Origin: a virus
DNA length: 64,000 nt
Reading direction: 5' to 3' (one strand)
IMG/VR virus record: IMGVR_UViG_3300009502_001749
Coordinates: 23,837 to 87,836 of that record
Shown: in pieces, positions 8,600 to 19,450 of the stretch
How the letters are laid out: each line of letters starts with the position of its first letter
How positions within the stretch are numbered: the stretch's first letter is position 1
The notes under the pieces: generated by a model
Seen by the model: only the letters and a program-made list of their open reading frames with translations
Database searches by the model: none
Told to the model about the DNA's origin: nothing
Program-made: the position numbers and the translations under genes

Positions 8600-10322
8600 A
8601 TGGCAAGAAAAAAAGAAGATACAAATAAAAGTGCAAACAATAGTAGTTATGATTCTTCAAATTTTGAAAGTGCATCAACTAGTCAAGCTGAACTTTTGGG
8701 AACAGCATTTGAATCTATTATTACAACTAAATATGGATTTGCTAGAGCACCAGAACCTTATCTTACTCCATTTGGAATTCAACATTTGGATGGTTTAATT
8801 GGTGGAGGAATAACTTCTTCAGCACCAGTTATGTTAACATCAACTCCAGAAACAGGTAAAAGTACATTAGCTTTTCAGCTTTCAAAGATATTTCAAACAT
8901 TATATCCAAATTCGATGGTTGTTTATTTGGATATTGAAACAGCAGCAAATAAATCTAATAAAAATAATGCAATGTCTCGAGTTAATATATTTGAGATTGA
9001 TGAAAAGAGATTCAGGTATGAACCTTTGGTTATTGATATAAACCAGTTGTTTGAGTTGATCGAACAGTTGTGTCAAGTAAAACAAATGTTTGAACAAAAG
9101 TCACAGAAAGAGTTTAAAGTATTTATTATTTGGGATAGTATAGCGGCAACACCTTCTTCTAAAGTTGCTGACGCTGAAGATCCAAATAAAATAATTGGGG
9201 TTAGCTCTAGGCTTTGGCTCCAATAAAATCTTGTGAATTGCTGGAACACCCTTAAAACTTTTCTACTACAAAGTAATCTGAAAAGATAAACTTGAATGTT
9301 TAAAAAAGAAAAGATTGGGCAATCAGCAGCCGAGCTCCTAAAGAATCTGCTAAATTTTATGGAGAAGGTTCAACGACTAGTCGAAAGACGTAGAGTTTAA
9401 GTAAACTCGAAGCGCAAGACATTCAGAAATGAATGAAGATATAGTCTGATCTATATGGAAACATATAGCTGAATAAAATTCAGAAGAAGAATTAACGATT
9501 CTTCTTAAACACAAATGAAAAGCTCGCCAGTTAACATTTGCATTAGAAAAATATTTGCCAATGATGGCTTTTAACAGAATCACATTTCTTGCTATTGATC
9601 AAGTTCGTGCAAATCTTCAGATTGATCCTTACGCTCAAAAAGAAAAGTCAGTCGGGATCTTTAAAGATTATCGCGCCGCTACATCAATATCAGCTCTCAA
9701 TCATAGAGTTGCTCAATGGTTATTTTTATCCAGAAAAGCAGCTATAACACCAGATGATGGTTTGGGTATTAATGGTTGGCAGATGAATCTATATGTAGAG
9801 AAGAATAAAATTGCACCATCTCAAGAATCAATTACATGTGTTTTTGATAAAAGAAATGGTCTTCATAAATTTTGGAGTGAGTATATTTTCCTTAGTGAAA
9901 TGATGCCATCTGAAAAGAAATATTATAAAACTGAAGAAAAAATACCTTATCCATTATCAATTATAAAATCTGGACCTCAGGTTCATCTTGAGTTTATAGA
10001 TCCAACAACTGGAAATGTTACTTATTCATCAGATAATATGTATAAGAAAAATATGAACAAAGCATATGATTCAGATGCTCAATTTAAAGCTGCTTTTGAT
10101 TATGTTGTTAGTATGGCTGTTGAACTTAGAATTAAACAAGGTCTTTTTAGAGAGAATGAATCAAAAGTTAATTTAAGTTCTGAAGAGATTGAAGAATTTG
10201 AAACTGAAAGTCTTGTTGATGAAGATATAAATACACCTAAAATATCTGCCGCTGAACAAATTGTAGCAGAAATACCTTCAACTAATATTGAAACCGAAGC
10301 AACATATGAATCAATATTTTAA
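8600..10322 (+). CDS. recA: RecA/UvsX-like recombinase, spliced join(8600..9201,9518..10322), 468 aa
   Basis: TPFGIQHLDGLIGGG; Walker A STPETGKST; YLDIE; Walker B IIWDSIAA. Splicing restores IIGV-KARQLT, followed by IDQVR and KNKIAP. Confidence 0.88.
9202..9517 (+). ncRNA. Group I intron (no ORF, 316 nt) in recA
   Basis: P AATTGCTGGAA, Q AATCAGCAGCC, R GTTCAACGACTA, S AAGATATAGTCT. P1 TTGGGGT/GCTCCAA has the U-G splice pair; P10 GCTTT/AAAGC; terminal G; splicing restores the frame. Confidence 0.93.
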
Positions 10323-10345
10323 TATTGTTGTGTAGAGGAGTTATT

Positions 10346-11320
10346 ATGGATGTTAGATTTTTGAAAGAAATTAGTGAAGCATATATTATGGACACAGAAC
10401 TTGATGCTTTTCCAGAACAAATATTTAATGAATTATATGGAATCACCAAATATATTCAAGCGAATGATCTGGAATTATATAATGAACTTTATGAATCAAG
10501 CAGAATCACTCAACAAAGAATTTTAAAAACATATCTTGATTGTGTTTTTGAATTAGATGTTCCTGAAAAAGTTGATGAAGAATTGTTAACTGAAGATCCT
10601 GGAGTTGGAGCTGTTATTGGTATATTGGGTTCAATTGTAATTGGATTATATCGTAAAGGAATAACAAAAAGCTTAATGAAAGCTGCATCTGAACTTGGAA
10701 AATTTTCTGAGTATATTGGAAAATTTCTAACTAAGAAAGGTAAATATTTTCAGCTTAGATATTCTATTATTCAGGAAAATTATAAAAAATGTTATGTTAA
10801 ATGTGGAATTGAAAAACCTTCTGATATTAGTGCGCTTTCATATGGTTCTATTTCTTCATCGGCAAATTTCGCATCTAAAAAGTCAGCAGAGCAAGCAAAG
10901 TGTCTTAGAGAATGTTATCTTGAAAATTTAATAGAAACAATTTGTTTGCATATGGAAGGATATTTCGCTTGTTTAAAAAGAACTGGAAATTTTGCCGCTA
11001 TACAAAATTCTGATTCTGATGATCTTATGAAACTTATATCTTCAACTAATATTGGAGCTGCATGTGCAGATTATTATGATTTAGCTCAATCATCTCTTGG
11101 AAATTTTTACAAAGTTCTTGAATTAGTTTATAATGAGATGGAAGAAGGAGATAAAAAATTAGAATGGATCAACAAACTCAGAGGAAGATTATATCAAACA
11201 AGACAACAAGTACAAAAATATGATAATAATCAGTTACAAAAATATGATTCTAATAGCGGACAAAGACCAGATTTCAAAAACAATCAAAGACCTGATTTTA
11301 AAAAGTTTCAAAGGTCTTAA
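10346..11320 (+). CDS. Hypothetical protein, possibly virion-internal
   Basis: RBS AGGAG before ATG 10346; acidic N-terminus ending LLTE; hydrophobic segment; Cys pairs; short C-terminal QRPDFK repeat. Confidence 0.6.
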   Translation: MDVRFLKEISEAYIMDTELDAFPEQIFNELYGITKYIQANDLELYNELYESSRITQQRILKTYLDCVFELDVPEKVDEELLTEDPGVGAVIGILGSIVIGLYRKGITKSLMKAASELGKFSEYIGKFLTKKGKYFQLRYSIIQENYKKCYVKCGIEKPSDISALSYGSISSSANFASKKSAEQAKCLRECYLENLIETICLHMEGYFACLKRTGNFAAIQNSDSDDLMKLISSTNIGAACADYYDLAQSSLGNFYKVLELVYNEMEEGDKKLEWINKLRGRLYQTRQQVQKYDNNQLQKYDSNSGQRPDFKNNQRPDFKKFQRS

Positions 11321-11383
11321 AAGAAATTTATTCCCATTAGGAGGGGTGTTTAAAATATCCTAGATTCAATCAGAGGAGAAAAT

Positions 11384-11647
11384 ATGATTAGAGCTACAAT
11401 GTCTAAACGTAGTAAAGCTGGAAAAATGAATGCACTTGGTGGTGCTTTTGCAATGAGAATTGCGAGAGAAAAAGGCGATCCTCTTTATGTTAAAATGAAG
11501 AAACTTAAATTTTTATACAAAGCTGCGAAACTAACACTTCTTAAAAGATATGGTTCAAAGGGTAAAATGGCTGCTCGTTTGGCTGCTATGGGCAAAGTTC
11601 AGAGTTTTGCTCCTCATGTTTCTGGTCAACCTGTTCACAAAAAATAA
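11384..11647 (+). CDS. Small very basic protein, likely nucleic-acid binding
   Basis: RBS AGGAG; K/R-rich; AREKGDPLY motif. Confidence 0.6.
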   Translation: MIRATMSKRSKAGKMNALGGAFAMRIAREKGDPLYVKMKKLKFLYKAAKLTLLKRYGSKGKMAARLAAMGKVQSFAPHVSGQPVHKK

Positions 11648-11655
11648 AAATTTTA

Positions 11656-11692
11656 AATATTTGGGAAGGTGTCAAAAGCCTTCCCAAATATT
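11656..11692 (+). terminator. Hairpin terminator candidate
   Basis: Inverted repeat AATATTTGGGAAGG...CCTTCCCAAATATT after a stop codon. Confidence 0.6.
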
Positions 11693-11708
11693 ATATTTGC
11701 AATTTATA

Positions 11709-11720
11709 TATAGAAATTAT
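11709..11720 (+). promoter_or_regulatory. Candidate phage promoter element TATAGAAATTAT
   Basis: Same 12-mer, after a terminator and upstream of 11755. Confidence 0.45.
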
Positions 11721-11754
11721 ATCTTATATAAACTATATTAAATGGAGGCGTTGT

Positions 11755-12723
11755 TTGAGTGACTTAATTAATTTAATGGAAATGATCGAAACACCACAGG
11801 ATATTATTGAAGATATTATTGAAAGAGAGAAAAGTTCTGAAATTGTAGACTGTCCTTCATATGAAATTGTAACACCAAATATTCCACAATCTTATTCTTT
11901 ATTCGATATTGATAAATTTACAAAAGAATTGTATGATAAATCTGCCGCTAAAAATCAAGCTTATCGTGAAATAGTTCAGAATATTAATGCATATGATTTA
12001 GCAAAAAATTGTATAAGAGATATTGTTTATAAATTATTAAATACACCAGTTGAATCTTTTGCCGATAAATGGTTACCTATTTTATTAAGATCAACTTTAG
12101 GAAATGCTATACATAATTTCATTCAAGATAATTCTAATCAATTTACTGAAAGAGAAGTTTCTATAAAAGTTCCATCTAAAAGAATGTCTGTTAGATTAGA
12201 TAATCTTATCGGTCCAAATATTTTAGTAGAAATTAAAAGTTTACCTTATTTAGAATATGAAAAAATAATTAGAACTTGCAAACCAAGATTGGCAGATTTT
12301 TATCAAGGAGTAACTTATAAATATTTATTAGAGAATCATTTAGAAGAAGCAAAAAATTCTGGAGGAAAAGGAAAAACAAGAACTGATCCTCCGGCTTTAG
12401 ATAAATATGATATTCAACAAATTCAGTTCATTTATGTTGCACATGATGTAACAGCAAATGATGTTGAATCTTTAGCTGAAATTTTAGAACGAATCAAACA
12501 ATTAAAAAGACTTCTTAAGTCTAAGTCTAATACATTTTTCTTCATAACAACATTATCAATTGATGTAACAAATAATGTTGCAGATCCTTATATTAATCAT
12601 ATTAAAAATAAATTAGAAAGGATTAATTATTATTTAGATAATAATAAGATACCACCTGATGATGATAAATATATGGAAAAAGAATGTTTTTTCTGTCTAT
12701 ACAAAAAGTTATGTGGAAAATAA
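11755..12723 (+). CDS. Cas4-like PD-(D/E)xK exonuclease (solo)
   Basis: N-terminal Cys; GNAIH; RLD...EIKS; QxxxY; C-terminal CFFCLYKKLC Fe-S ligand pattern. Confidence 0.75.
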   Translation: MSDLINLMEMIETPQDIIEDIIEREKSSEIVDCPSYEIVTPNIPQSYSLFDIDKFTKELYDKSAAKNQAYREIVQNINAYDLAKNCIRDIVYKLLNTPVESFADKWLPILLRSTLGNAIHNFIQDNSNQFTEREVSIKVPSKRMSVRLDNLIGPNILVEIKSLPYLEYEKIIRTCKPRLADFYQGVTYKYLLENHLEEAKNSGGKGKTRTDPPALDKYDIQQIQFIYVAHDVTANDVESLAEILERIKQLKRLLKSKSNTFFFITTLSIDVTNNVADPYINHIKNKLERINYYLDNNKIPPDDDKYMEKECFFCLYKKLCGK

Positions 12724-12762
12724 TAATTTAGAGAAGAGTTAAATCTCTTCTCTAAATTATTA
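12721..12762 (+). terminator. Hairpin terminator candidate
   Basis: TAATAATTTAGAGAAGAG...CTCTTCTCTAAATTATTA perfect inverted repeat. Confidence 0.6.
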
Positions 12763-12774
12763 TTTGGAGATAAA

Positions 12775-12975
12775 ATGGAAACGAAGGATGAACTATTAAA
12801 TAAATATAAACATGATCCTTATTTGTTTATGAAAGATTTTATTATGAAACCAGGTCAAATATTTGATAAAAATCATGAAAAATTATTTATAAATTTACGC
12901 GAATTTTTAAAGAAAAGAATTAAAGCTAATGTGCCGATAGAAGATATCATTCATAAGGAGAGATATAATGATTAG
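12775..12975 (+). CDS. Hypothetical protein
   Basis: RBS GGAG; 66 aa. Confidence 0.5.
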   Translation: METKDELLNKYKHDPYLFMKDFIMKPGQIFDKNHEKLFINLREFLKKRIKANVPIEDIIHKERYND

Positions 12976-13405
12976 TGTTAAACATTTATTTGAATCGTTA
13001 AATCAATCAAAGAAAATTGGAATTGTAGGATATTCTGCAATGAAGTTTGATGAAGATTTAGCTAAAAAATTAATTAATGAAGGACTAGATAATGTTGATG
13101 CTAAAGAAGGAGATGAACTAGTTTCTGGATTAACAGATTTAGGAATACCAGGATTGGCTTACAGAATTGGTAAAGAACGAAATATGAAACTTATAGGTAT
13201 AGCTTGTGAAAAAGCACATGATGAAGATAGTGTTTGTTATCCTGTTGATAGAGAAATAATAGTTGGAAAAAATTGGGGAGATGAATCAAAAACTTTTTTA
13301 GATTATATAGATGTTTTAATTAAAGTTGGTGGTGGAAAACAATCTAAAGAAGAATATGAAAAGTTTGATGGTCCTAAGATTAATTTTGAATTAGAATCTA
13401 AGTGA
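12968..13405 (+). CDS. Leader-tagged SLOG-superfamily protein (DprA/LOG-like fold)
   Basis: MISVKHLFE leader; IGIVG, LVSGLTDLGI, IGIA and VGGGKQS motifs. Confidence 0.65.
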   Translation: MISVKHLFESLNQSKKIGIVGYSAMKFDEDLAKKLINEGLDNVDAKEGDELVSGLTDLGIPGLAYRIGKERNMKLIGIACEKAHDEDSVCYPVDREIIVGKNWGDESKTFLDYIDVLIKVGGGKQSKEEYEKFDGPKINFELESK

Positions 13406-13415
13406 GGAAATTATT

Positions 13416-13547
13416 ATGAGAGATTTAGGTTTTCCACCTGATAAGTGTGATAAATGTGGTAATACTTCTTTTAATTTATCTTTTTCTGAATCTGAAGTTA
13501 TTTTTATTTGTGGTAAATGTGGAAATGTTATAAGAGGAGAGAAATGA
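13416..13547 (+). CDS. Small Zn-ribbon protein (43 aa, absent from the ORF track)
   Basis: RBS GAGG; CDKCG...CGKCG; ATGA overlap with the next gene. Confidence 0.55.
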   Translation: MRDLGFPPDKCDKCGNTSFNLSFSESEVIFICGKCGNVIRGEK

Positions 13548-13916
13548 ATTTTGAAAAATTTTTAGATTTTTATGATAAACATCCAGAATATGTTAATCAT
13601 AATTTTTTTAAATTATCAAGAGAATCTGTTTTGAAATTATTAAAAAATAATTCTCAAGTTATTGTTTCTCTAGTAAATCCAGCAATATTTACAATTTCCT
13701 AATATTTATATAACTTATAAAAGATTAATATTTAAAGAAGAATTTAAAAATCATGATTTTATAAAAAATATAGATCAAATAATATATTCTTGCAATTTTA
13801 AAATAAATAGAGAAATAGATAATAAATTTGAGTGGAATTTTATAACTGAAGAATTTAAATATAATAATAAACAAATTCAATATGTTGGATTTGAAAGATA
13901 TATTGAGGAGAGATAA
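13544..13916 (+). pseudogene. Frameshifted hypothetical gene (or assembly indel)
   Basis: Frame 0 stops at 13702. The +1 frame is open from about 13680 (LQFPNIYITYK...) to TAA 13916 and fills the gap to the next gene. Confidence 0.45.
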
Positions 13917-13919
13917 ATA

Positions 13920-14069
13920 ATGGGATTTGTGCCATTTGGATTAGTTCCAAGAAAACATTTCATTTCAAATCAAAAAGGTTATGATTTTGTTTTAAATGAA
14001 ATTAAATATGCTAAACAAAAAAGTTTAATAAGTAAAATTATTAATTTTTTAAGAAGGAAGAATAAATGA
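13920..14069 (+). CDS. Small basic protein (49 aa, absent from the ORF track)
   Basis: RBS GAGGAG; ATGA overlap with 14066. Confidence 0.5.
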   Translation: MGFVPFGLVPRKHFISNQKGYDFVLNEIKYAKQKSLISKIINFLRRKNK

Positions 14070-14596
14070 AATTATTTTTCGATACAGAGTTTACAGGATT
14101 ACATAAGAATACAACTTTAATTTCTTTAGGAATAATTTCAGATAATAATAAAACATTTTATGCTGAATTTACAGATTTTGATGTGAGTCAATGTGATCAT
14201 TGGATTTTTGATAATGTTGTGAAAAAATTAACTTTATGCGGTAAAACTGGAACATGTTATATTAATGATGAAAACAATATACAAATTTGTAATAAAACCT
14301 TTACAATTAAAAAAGAACTTGAAAGATGGTTAGAACAATTTGATCAAGTTGAGATGTGGTCTGATTGTCTATCATATGATTGGGTTTTATTTAATGATTT
14401 ATTTGGAACAGCTTTTAATATACCTAAAAATATATATTATATTCCTTTTGATATTTGTACACTTTTTAAAATTAAGGGTGTTGATCCTGATATTAATCGT
14501 GAAGAATTTGCCGGTAGTCATTCTTTAGTTGATAAACATAATGCTTTACATGATGCTAAAATCATTAAATTGTGTTATGAAAAATTGATGGAATAG
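14066..14596 (+). CDS. DEDDh 3'-5' exo(ribo)nuclease, RNase AS-like
   Basis: FFDTEFTGL, SYDW and HNALHDA motifs. Confidence 0.8.
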   Translation: MKLFFDTEFTGLHKNTTLISLGIISDNNKTFYAEFTDFDVSQCDHWIFDNVVKKLTLCGKTGTCYINDENNIQICNKTFTIKKELERWLEQFDQVEMWSDCLSYDWVLFNDLFGTAFNIPKNIYYIPFDICTLFKIKGVDPDINREEFAGSHSLVDKHNALHDAKIIKLCYEKLME

Positions 14597-14602
14597 GGAG
14601 AT

Positions 14603-15211
14603 ATGATGTTATCATTAAGTTATCTTTTTGAAGAAGATGAAGATTTTGATAGAGAAGATATGATTGATCATTTTAACGAAAGAACACATAACCATATTTT
14701 TCTCGTAGAGAAATATTTAGATAAAATTATTAATTTAGAAGATTCAAATTTGGACAATTCTATTTTAGAAAAAGAAAAAGAAGGACATGATGAAAGTAAA
14801 TTTTTAGCACCAGAACATGAACCATATTTAAAAATCAATTGGCGTTATCATATGAAAGATAGAGGAATAGATTATAATCCTGGAAAAAAGATTGAAGATC
14901 AAATGCAAGCGGCAACTTTTCATCATGTGAAGAATAATAAACATCATCCCGAATTTTGGGATGAAAAAAGTACTATAGAAAACGTTAATAATAAAGATCG
15001 TGATAAACCACCAGAACAAATTGTGGATGCAACAAAAATGCAGTTAGAGTATATTGCTTGTATGGTAGCTGATTGGTGTGCTATGTCTGAAGAACGAAAT
15101 AGTGATCCTTATAAATGGGCAAAAGATAACATCAACGTTAGGTGGCAATTTACTCCAGAGCAAGAAAATTTTATTTATGATTTATTGGATGAAGTATGGA
15201 AAAAGAAATAA
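14603..15211 (+). CDS. Leader-tagged HD-fold protein (DUF5662-like)
   Basis: MLSLSYLFE leader; HI...HDESKF...HHVKNNKHHPEFW...MVADW. Confidence 0.7.
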   Translation: MMLSLSYLFEEDEDFDREDMIDHFNERTHNHIFLVEKYLDKIINLEDSNLDNSILEKEKEGHDESKFLAPEHEPYLKINWRYHMKDRGIDYNPGKKIEDQMQAATFHHVKNNKHHPEFWDEKSTIENVNNKDRDKPPEQIVDATKMQLEYIACMVADWCAMSEERNSDPYKWAKDNINVRWQFTPEQENFIYDLLDEVWKKK

Positions 15212-15228
15212 CTTCATAGAGGGTACTT

Positions 15229-17385
15229 ATGAATATAACAGGACAAAGTCAATACTCGAAAATTGTAGCGGGTCTGAGAGATCCAAAAACACATCTTGCA
15301 GGTCAAGATTTAAATTTAATTTTTGTTTATCCAATCTTATTACCTAACAAATTACCTGATCTGCGAAATGTAGAAACAATAATAAGAAATTTCATATCAA
15401 CAACATTTTTAAAAGAGATATTCATACAAAACACAATTAGTATGATTTCTTTAGCAAATCAAATTCAACCTCTTTCAGATGAAAGTGGAATGAAAATTGA
15501 TCCAAACACAACCATAGCACAAGTAATTCAAAATGTTCAAGCAACTGGATCTTCTGCTGGAATGGTAAGATCAGATACATCATCACCAAATTATAACGTG
15601 AGTTCAGGTTATCGTGATCAAATTCAAAGAAAGATTAATGAGAAGACAGCAGTAATTCAAAAAATAGTAAAAACAGATCCAGTAATGAGTAAGTTAAATC
15701 CTTATATTGAAATGATAACAATGGGAAATCTTATTGATGTTCCTGTTATTGTTGGTACAAAAACATTTCAAGTTGATACTTTATCATTGATTCATATTTT
15801 ATTAGCTTCTATTGCAATGGATAAAAAATTAAATCATGTTGATAATTTAAATTTTATTTGTGATAAACTTAACGGTTTAAATGAAGAACAATATTGGCTC
15901 TTATTAAATAATCTTGCCGCTGCAGATAAATCATTCAATATGTGGCAATGGACTAAAGAACTTGGTGGTAAAATAGGTGATAAAATTCCTAATGTTTCAC
16001 AATTTGTTGGAAAACAAACTGGAAAAATTGGATCTTTTTTATCTGGAATTAAATCATCAACTCAAAATTTTGCCGGTAACAAAAATGAATTTGTTGAAAA
16101 TCCATCCTTTGATATTTTAAGAATTTTAAAAACCAAATTGGATGAAACAAAATTATTTTTTAGATTTGTTTTAGATAGAGATTTTTTAAAATCTCAAATT
16201 GGACTTAATCCATATGATGCAAATGGTGCTAAAACAAAATTAATTTCAGATCTTTTTCCTGATTTGCAAAGGGCAAGTTCATCAACAATTCCCGGATTTC
16301 AAGATGCATTATCAAGCACAGGATTATCTGCTTTAAGATCAAGTGTAACTTTGGTTGAACCTGAACCATTAATGTCTGATAATATTGATTTACTTGATTT
16401 GATAAGAAATGAAATAAATGAAAAATTAATAATTGGAATAGCACAATCAAATAAAGATTTATATGAAAAAATAGCAGAAGGATTAAATAAAACTAATTTT
16501 GATACGACTAAAGGTGATGTTAATATTATTAAAAATTTAAGTTCATTTGATACCGGTGATGAAATTCAAAAAGTTGGTTCAAAACTTCAAAATGAACTAC
16601 CAGTAAATTTTTCAGATAGTCAGTATGAACAATTTTTACAAACATTAGATCAAGCTGGTCAATTATCAGTATTAAAAAGTAAGCAGATTGAGAATATAAT
16701 AACTGGATTTGGTGATGTTAGACAAGATATTATGAAAATTTTAAATGAAATTAGATCTATGATAAGAAATCAAATTAAAGTTATATTTGATAATTGTACT
16801 CGTCAATATATTTCTTCAGGTACAGTTGGAATGTCTCATTTACCAAGGGTAACAGTTAGAACAAATGATAAACGAACAATGGCAGATGTTATTCAAGGTA
16901 TTATACCAACATTAATCACTTATCTTACAGAATATTTTTATTTTTTATTTTTATCATCAGTTAAATTATCAATTAAAAAATTTATGATGAAAGCTGAAAT
17001 ATCAATTGATACAGCTTCAAATGATGTAACTGAATGGCCAAATTATACATTAGTTTTGCCGATAGAAATTGTTTCTGCACTACATGCTGCAATGGTTTCT
17101 AAAGGTTGGTATAATTTAACAACTAATACTAAAACAGGTATTAAATTAACTAGTGAAGAATTAGCAAAAGGTAATGTTATTCATGTGACAGATAATTATG
17201 TTAAAGGAATAGTTAAGTTTGTAAGTATGAAATTAGGTGTTCCAAATTTTATAGTTATTGATTCTAAGAAAGGAGATGTTTATTATAAATTAATGAACCA
17301 ATCTGGAATTAATAAAACTAAATTATCTACATTAGAAACATTTGTAACTGAGTCTTTAAATAAACCAGTAATTAACTATTATTAA
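15229..17385 (+). CDS. Large hypothetical protein (718 aa), possibly virion
   Basis: Long ORF in the structural region; no motif recognised. Confidence 0.7.
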   Translation: MNITGQSQYSKIVAGLRDPKTHLAGQDLNLIFVYPILLPNKLPDLRNVETIIRNFISTTFLKEIFIQNTISMISLANQIQPLSDESGMKIDPNTTIAQVIQNVQATGSSAGMVRSDTSSPNYNVSSGYRDQIQRKINEKTAVIQKIVKTDPVMSKLNPYIEMITMGNLIDVPVIVGTKTFQVDTLSLIHILLASIAMDKKLNHVDNLNFICDKLNGLNEEQYWLLLNNLAAADKSFNMWQWTKELGGKIGDKIPNVSQFVGKQTGKIGSFLSGIKSSTQNFAGNKNEFVENPSFDILRILKTKLDETKLFFRFVLDRDFLKSQIGLNPYDANGAKTKLISDLFPDLQRASSSTIPGFQDALSSTGLSALRSSVTLVEPEPLMSDNIDLLDLIRNEINEKLIIGIAQSNKDLYEKIAEGLNKTNFDTTKGDVNIIKNLSSFDTGDEIQKVGSKLQNELPVNFSDSQYEQFLQTLDQAGQLSVLKSKQIENIITGFGDVRQDIMKILNEIRSMIRNQIKVIFDNCTRQYISSGTVGMSHLPRVTVRTNDKRTMADVIQGIIPTLITYLTEYFYFLFLSSVKLSIKKFMMKAEISIDTASNDVTEWPNYTLVLPIEIVSALHAAMVSKGWYNLTTNTKTGIKLTSEELAKGNVIHVTDNYVKGIVKFVSMKLGVPNFIVIDSKKGDVYYKLMNQSGINKTKLSTLETFVTESLNKPVINYY

Positions 17386-17401
17386 GTTAGGAGGAGTTAT
17401 T

Positions 17402-18088
17402 ATGTATAATTTTTTAACAGATCAAGATCATTTCAAAGTAATGAATGAATCAGCAGAAGCACTTAGAAAAATGAAAAATGAAAAAGTCATAAAGAGAGAT
17501 CCATTGGTAGTTTTATCGGAGCATCTTCAAGGTATAAATATTAATACTGAACTTTTTGAATCTTTTGATATAACTGTTTGGGAAGGAAAAGTTAAAGTTG
17601 ATGTATTATATTTTGAACAATTACTTCAGAAATTAAATGAAGATCAGATTGAATTAGTTGAAAATGCACTTGGTGTATATTTTAAAGATATAAGAATGAT
17701 ATATGAATTCATTAATCTTAAACCAGAAGTGTATGGAAAAAATATTGATATTAAGATTTTAGAAGATTCAAATGAAATGTGTCAACAGAAATTATCAAGT
17801 GTTATTTATGAATATTTTGATATTTATTTTTATGGATTATCTCCTGATAAAAGAGTTGATAAATATATTGAAACTTCTCGAGAATTATCCAGATCTTTAA
17901 TTAATGAAGGAATAGAGCCAGATGAGGCTATTGAATTTAGTATAAAAACAACTATAATGGAAAATTTACTTACAAAGATTGCTTTTCCGTTTGCAACATG
18001 GTCCAGAATAAATTATCTAATAGAATCTGAAGATTATGGCAAAGTATTCGATCAGAAAACATTGATTGAATTGGTCGAATCATTTTAG
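17402..18088 (+). CDS. Acidic helical protein, possibly prohead core-associated
   Basis: RBS GGAGG; several [ILV]xE sites; frame stays open for 14 codons after the TAG. Confidence 0.6.
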   Translation: MYNFLTDQDHFKVMNESAEALRKMKNEKVIKRDPLVVLSEHLQGININTELFESFDITVWEGKVKVDVLYFEQLLQKLNEDQIELVENALGVYFKDIRMIYEFINLKPEVYGKNIDIKILEDSNEMCQQKLSSVIYEYFDIYFYGLSPDKRVDKYIETSRELSRSLINEGIEPDEAIEFSIKTTIMENLLTKIAFPFATWSRINYLIESEDYGKVFDQKTLIELVESF

Positions 18089-18160
18089 AAAAAGGTAGGT
18101 TCAATATCGAAGATAGCCGCGGCTGTAATATAAATAAAGAAAACACAAGAGGGGTGTATC

Positions 18161-19390
18161 GTGTCTAAAGTTATCGAAATGTACAATAAATTAGATCAAA
18201 CTTTAAGTTCAAATGTGACTCTTGTTAATAATTTAAATACAGAATTGAGTAGATTAGTTTCACAAGCGTATTCACAAGCAATGGATTCTGATGAAGGATT
18301 TTGTTTTAAATTTACTCTTCCAATTACAGCAGTAATGAATTTATTTTCACTTGTAAAACTTGATGTTGAAGAAGTGGGAAAAGCTTTTCAGAATGATTGG
18401 GATTATCCATCAAATGCAAATATGTATGCTGATCCATATTATCATATATTAATATTATTAATATATTATGGTCTTCGTAAAAAGAAAGATATTTTAGTTA
18501 ATCATGCTTTGTTTATTATAATGATGAAGACATGGAATGGAAGGAAAGCTAAATATTTAAAGTATTGTGATAAGAGAGTTATGAATTATGTTGTAACACA
18601 TATGGTTAATAATAAACATTTAGTTTCAAAATATGATTCACCATTAACTTTAATAAAAGAATATTTTGTTCCTAGTTTATTATCAAAATATGGTAGTGAA
18701 ATTTTAAAAGATCCTTATAGATTAAGACAACTATTTATGCAGATATGGGTTAGAATAGATCAATTATTTGCTTTTAATATGAGAGTAAATCCATTAACAC
18801 AAGCTAACGAAGCACAGGGTGGATTATTACCATTATATATGAAAGCAAAGAAAGAAAATTTAACTTTAACCACTCCAACAATTTCAACAGGTGAAGAAGA
18901 AGAACCAGAATTTGATCAATATTCAACAATACACAATAGAGATGAAATAACATCAGGTACAACAGATTTTATTATTATGAATGTTCAAACACAGTATCCT
19001 ACAAATTTCATATCAACTGTTAATGATTATACAAAAGTATCATCACATATAATTGAAGAAATGTTAAAATCATTACACAATCATAAATATTATGATATTA
19101 TTCATAATATAATCTCTATTATTTTAACAAGAACAAATGTTGTTGATAAGAGCGATATTTGTGGTTCTAATTTTTTATTGAATGTAAAAAAGAATATAAT
19201 TTCATCTAAGAATAATACTGATGTTCAAAATATTCAGAAGTTATTAGATGCTCTTTGTATTCAGATATTTATGGCACCAAATTTGAATTTAGATTTTAAT
19301 AAGTATAGTAATGTTCAAAGAATTCAAATTAGAAATGTTTTGATTTACGGATTGATTTATAATTTGAAGAAATTAAATTGTCAGGGATAA
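18161..19390 (+). CDS. Hypothetical protein (409 aa)
   Basis: GTG start after GAGG; long ORF. Confidence 0.7.
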   Translation: MSKVIEMYNKLDQTLSSNVTLVNNLNTELSRLVSQAYSQAMDSDEGFCFKFTLPITAVMNLFSLVKLDVEEVGKAFQNDWDYPSNANMYADPYYHILILLIYYGLRKKKDILVNHALFIIMMKTWNGRKAKYLKYCDKRVMNYVVTHMVNNKHLVSKYDSPLTLIKEYFVPSLLSKYGSEILKDPYRLRQLFMQIWVRIDQLFAFNMRVNPLTQANEAQGGLLPLYMKAKKENLTLTTPTISTGEEEEPEFDQYSTIHNRDEITSGTTDFIIMNVQTQYPTNFISTVNDYTKVSSHIIEEMLKSLHNHKYYDIIHNIISIILTRTNVVDKSDICGSNFLLNVKKNIISSKNNTDVQNIQKLLDALCIQIFMAPNLNLDFNKYSNVQRIQIRNVLIYGLIYNLKKLNCQG

Positions 19391-19394
19391 AATT

Positions 19395-19432
19395 AATATC
19401 GGCAGAATCTTTAACTAGATCTTGCCGATATT
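19395..19432. repeat. Dispersed palindrome copy 1 (ATCGGCAAGAT...ATCTTGCCGAT family)
   Basis: Intergenic inverted repeat; left arm slightly degenerate. Confidence 0.85.
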
Positions 19433-19450
19433 TTTAAAATGAGGTAATAC

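Noticed and set aside
11755-12723. Cas4-like gene as evidence of a CRISPR-Cas locus
   Set aside because: No repeat-spacer array or other cas genes in the window; solo Cas4-like nucleases are common in phages.
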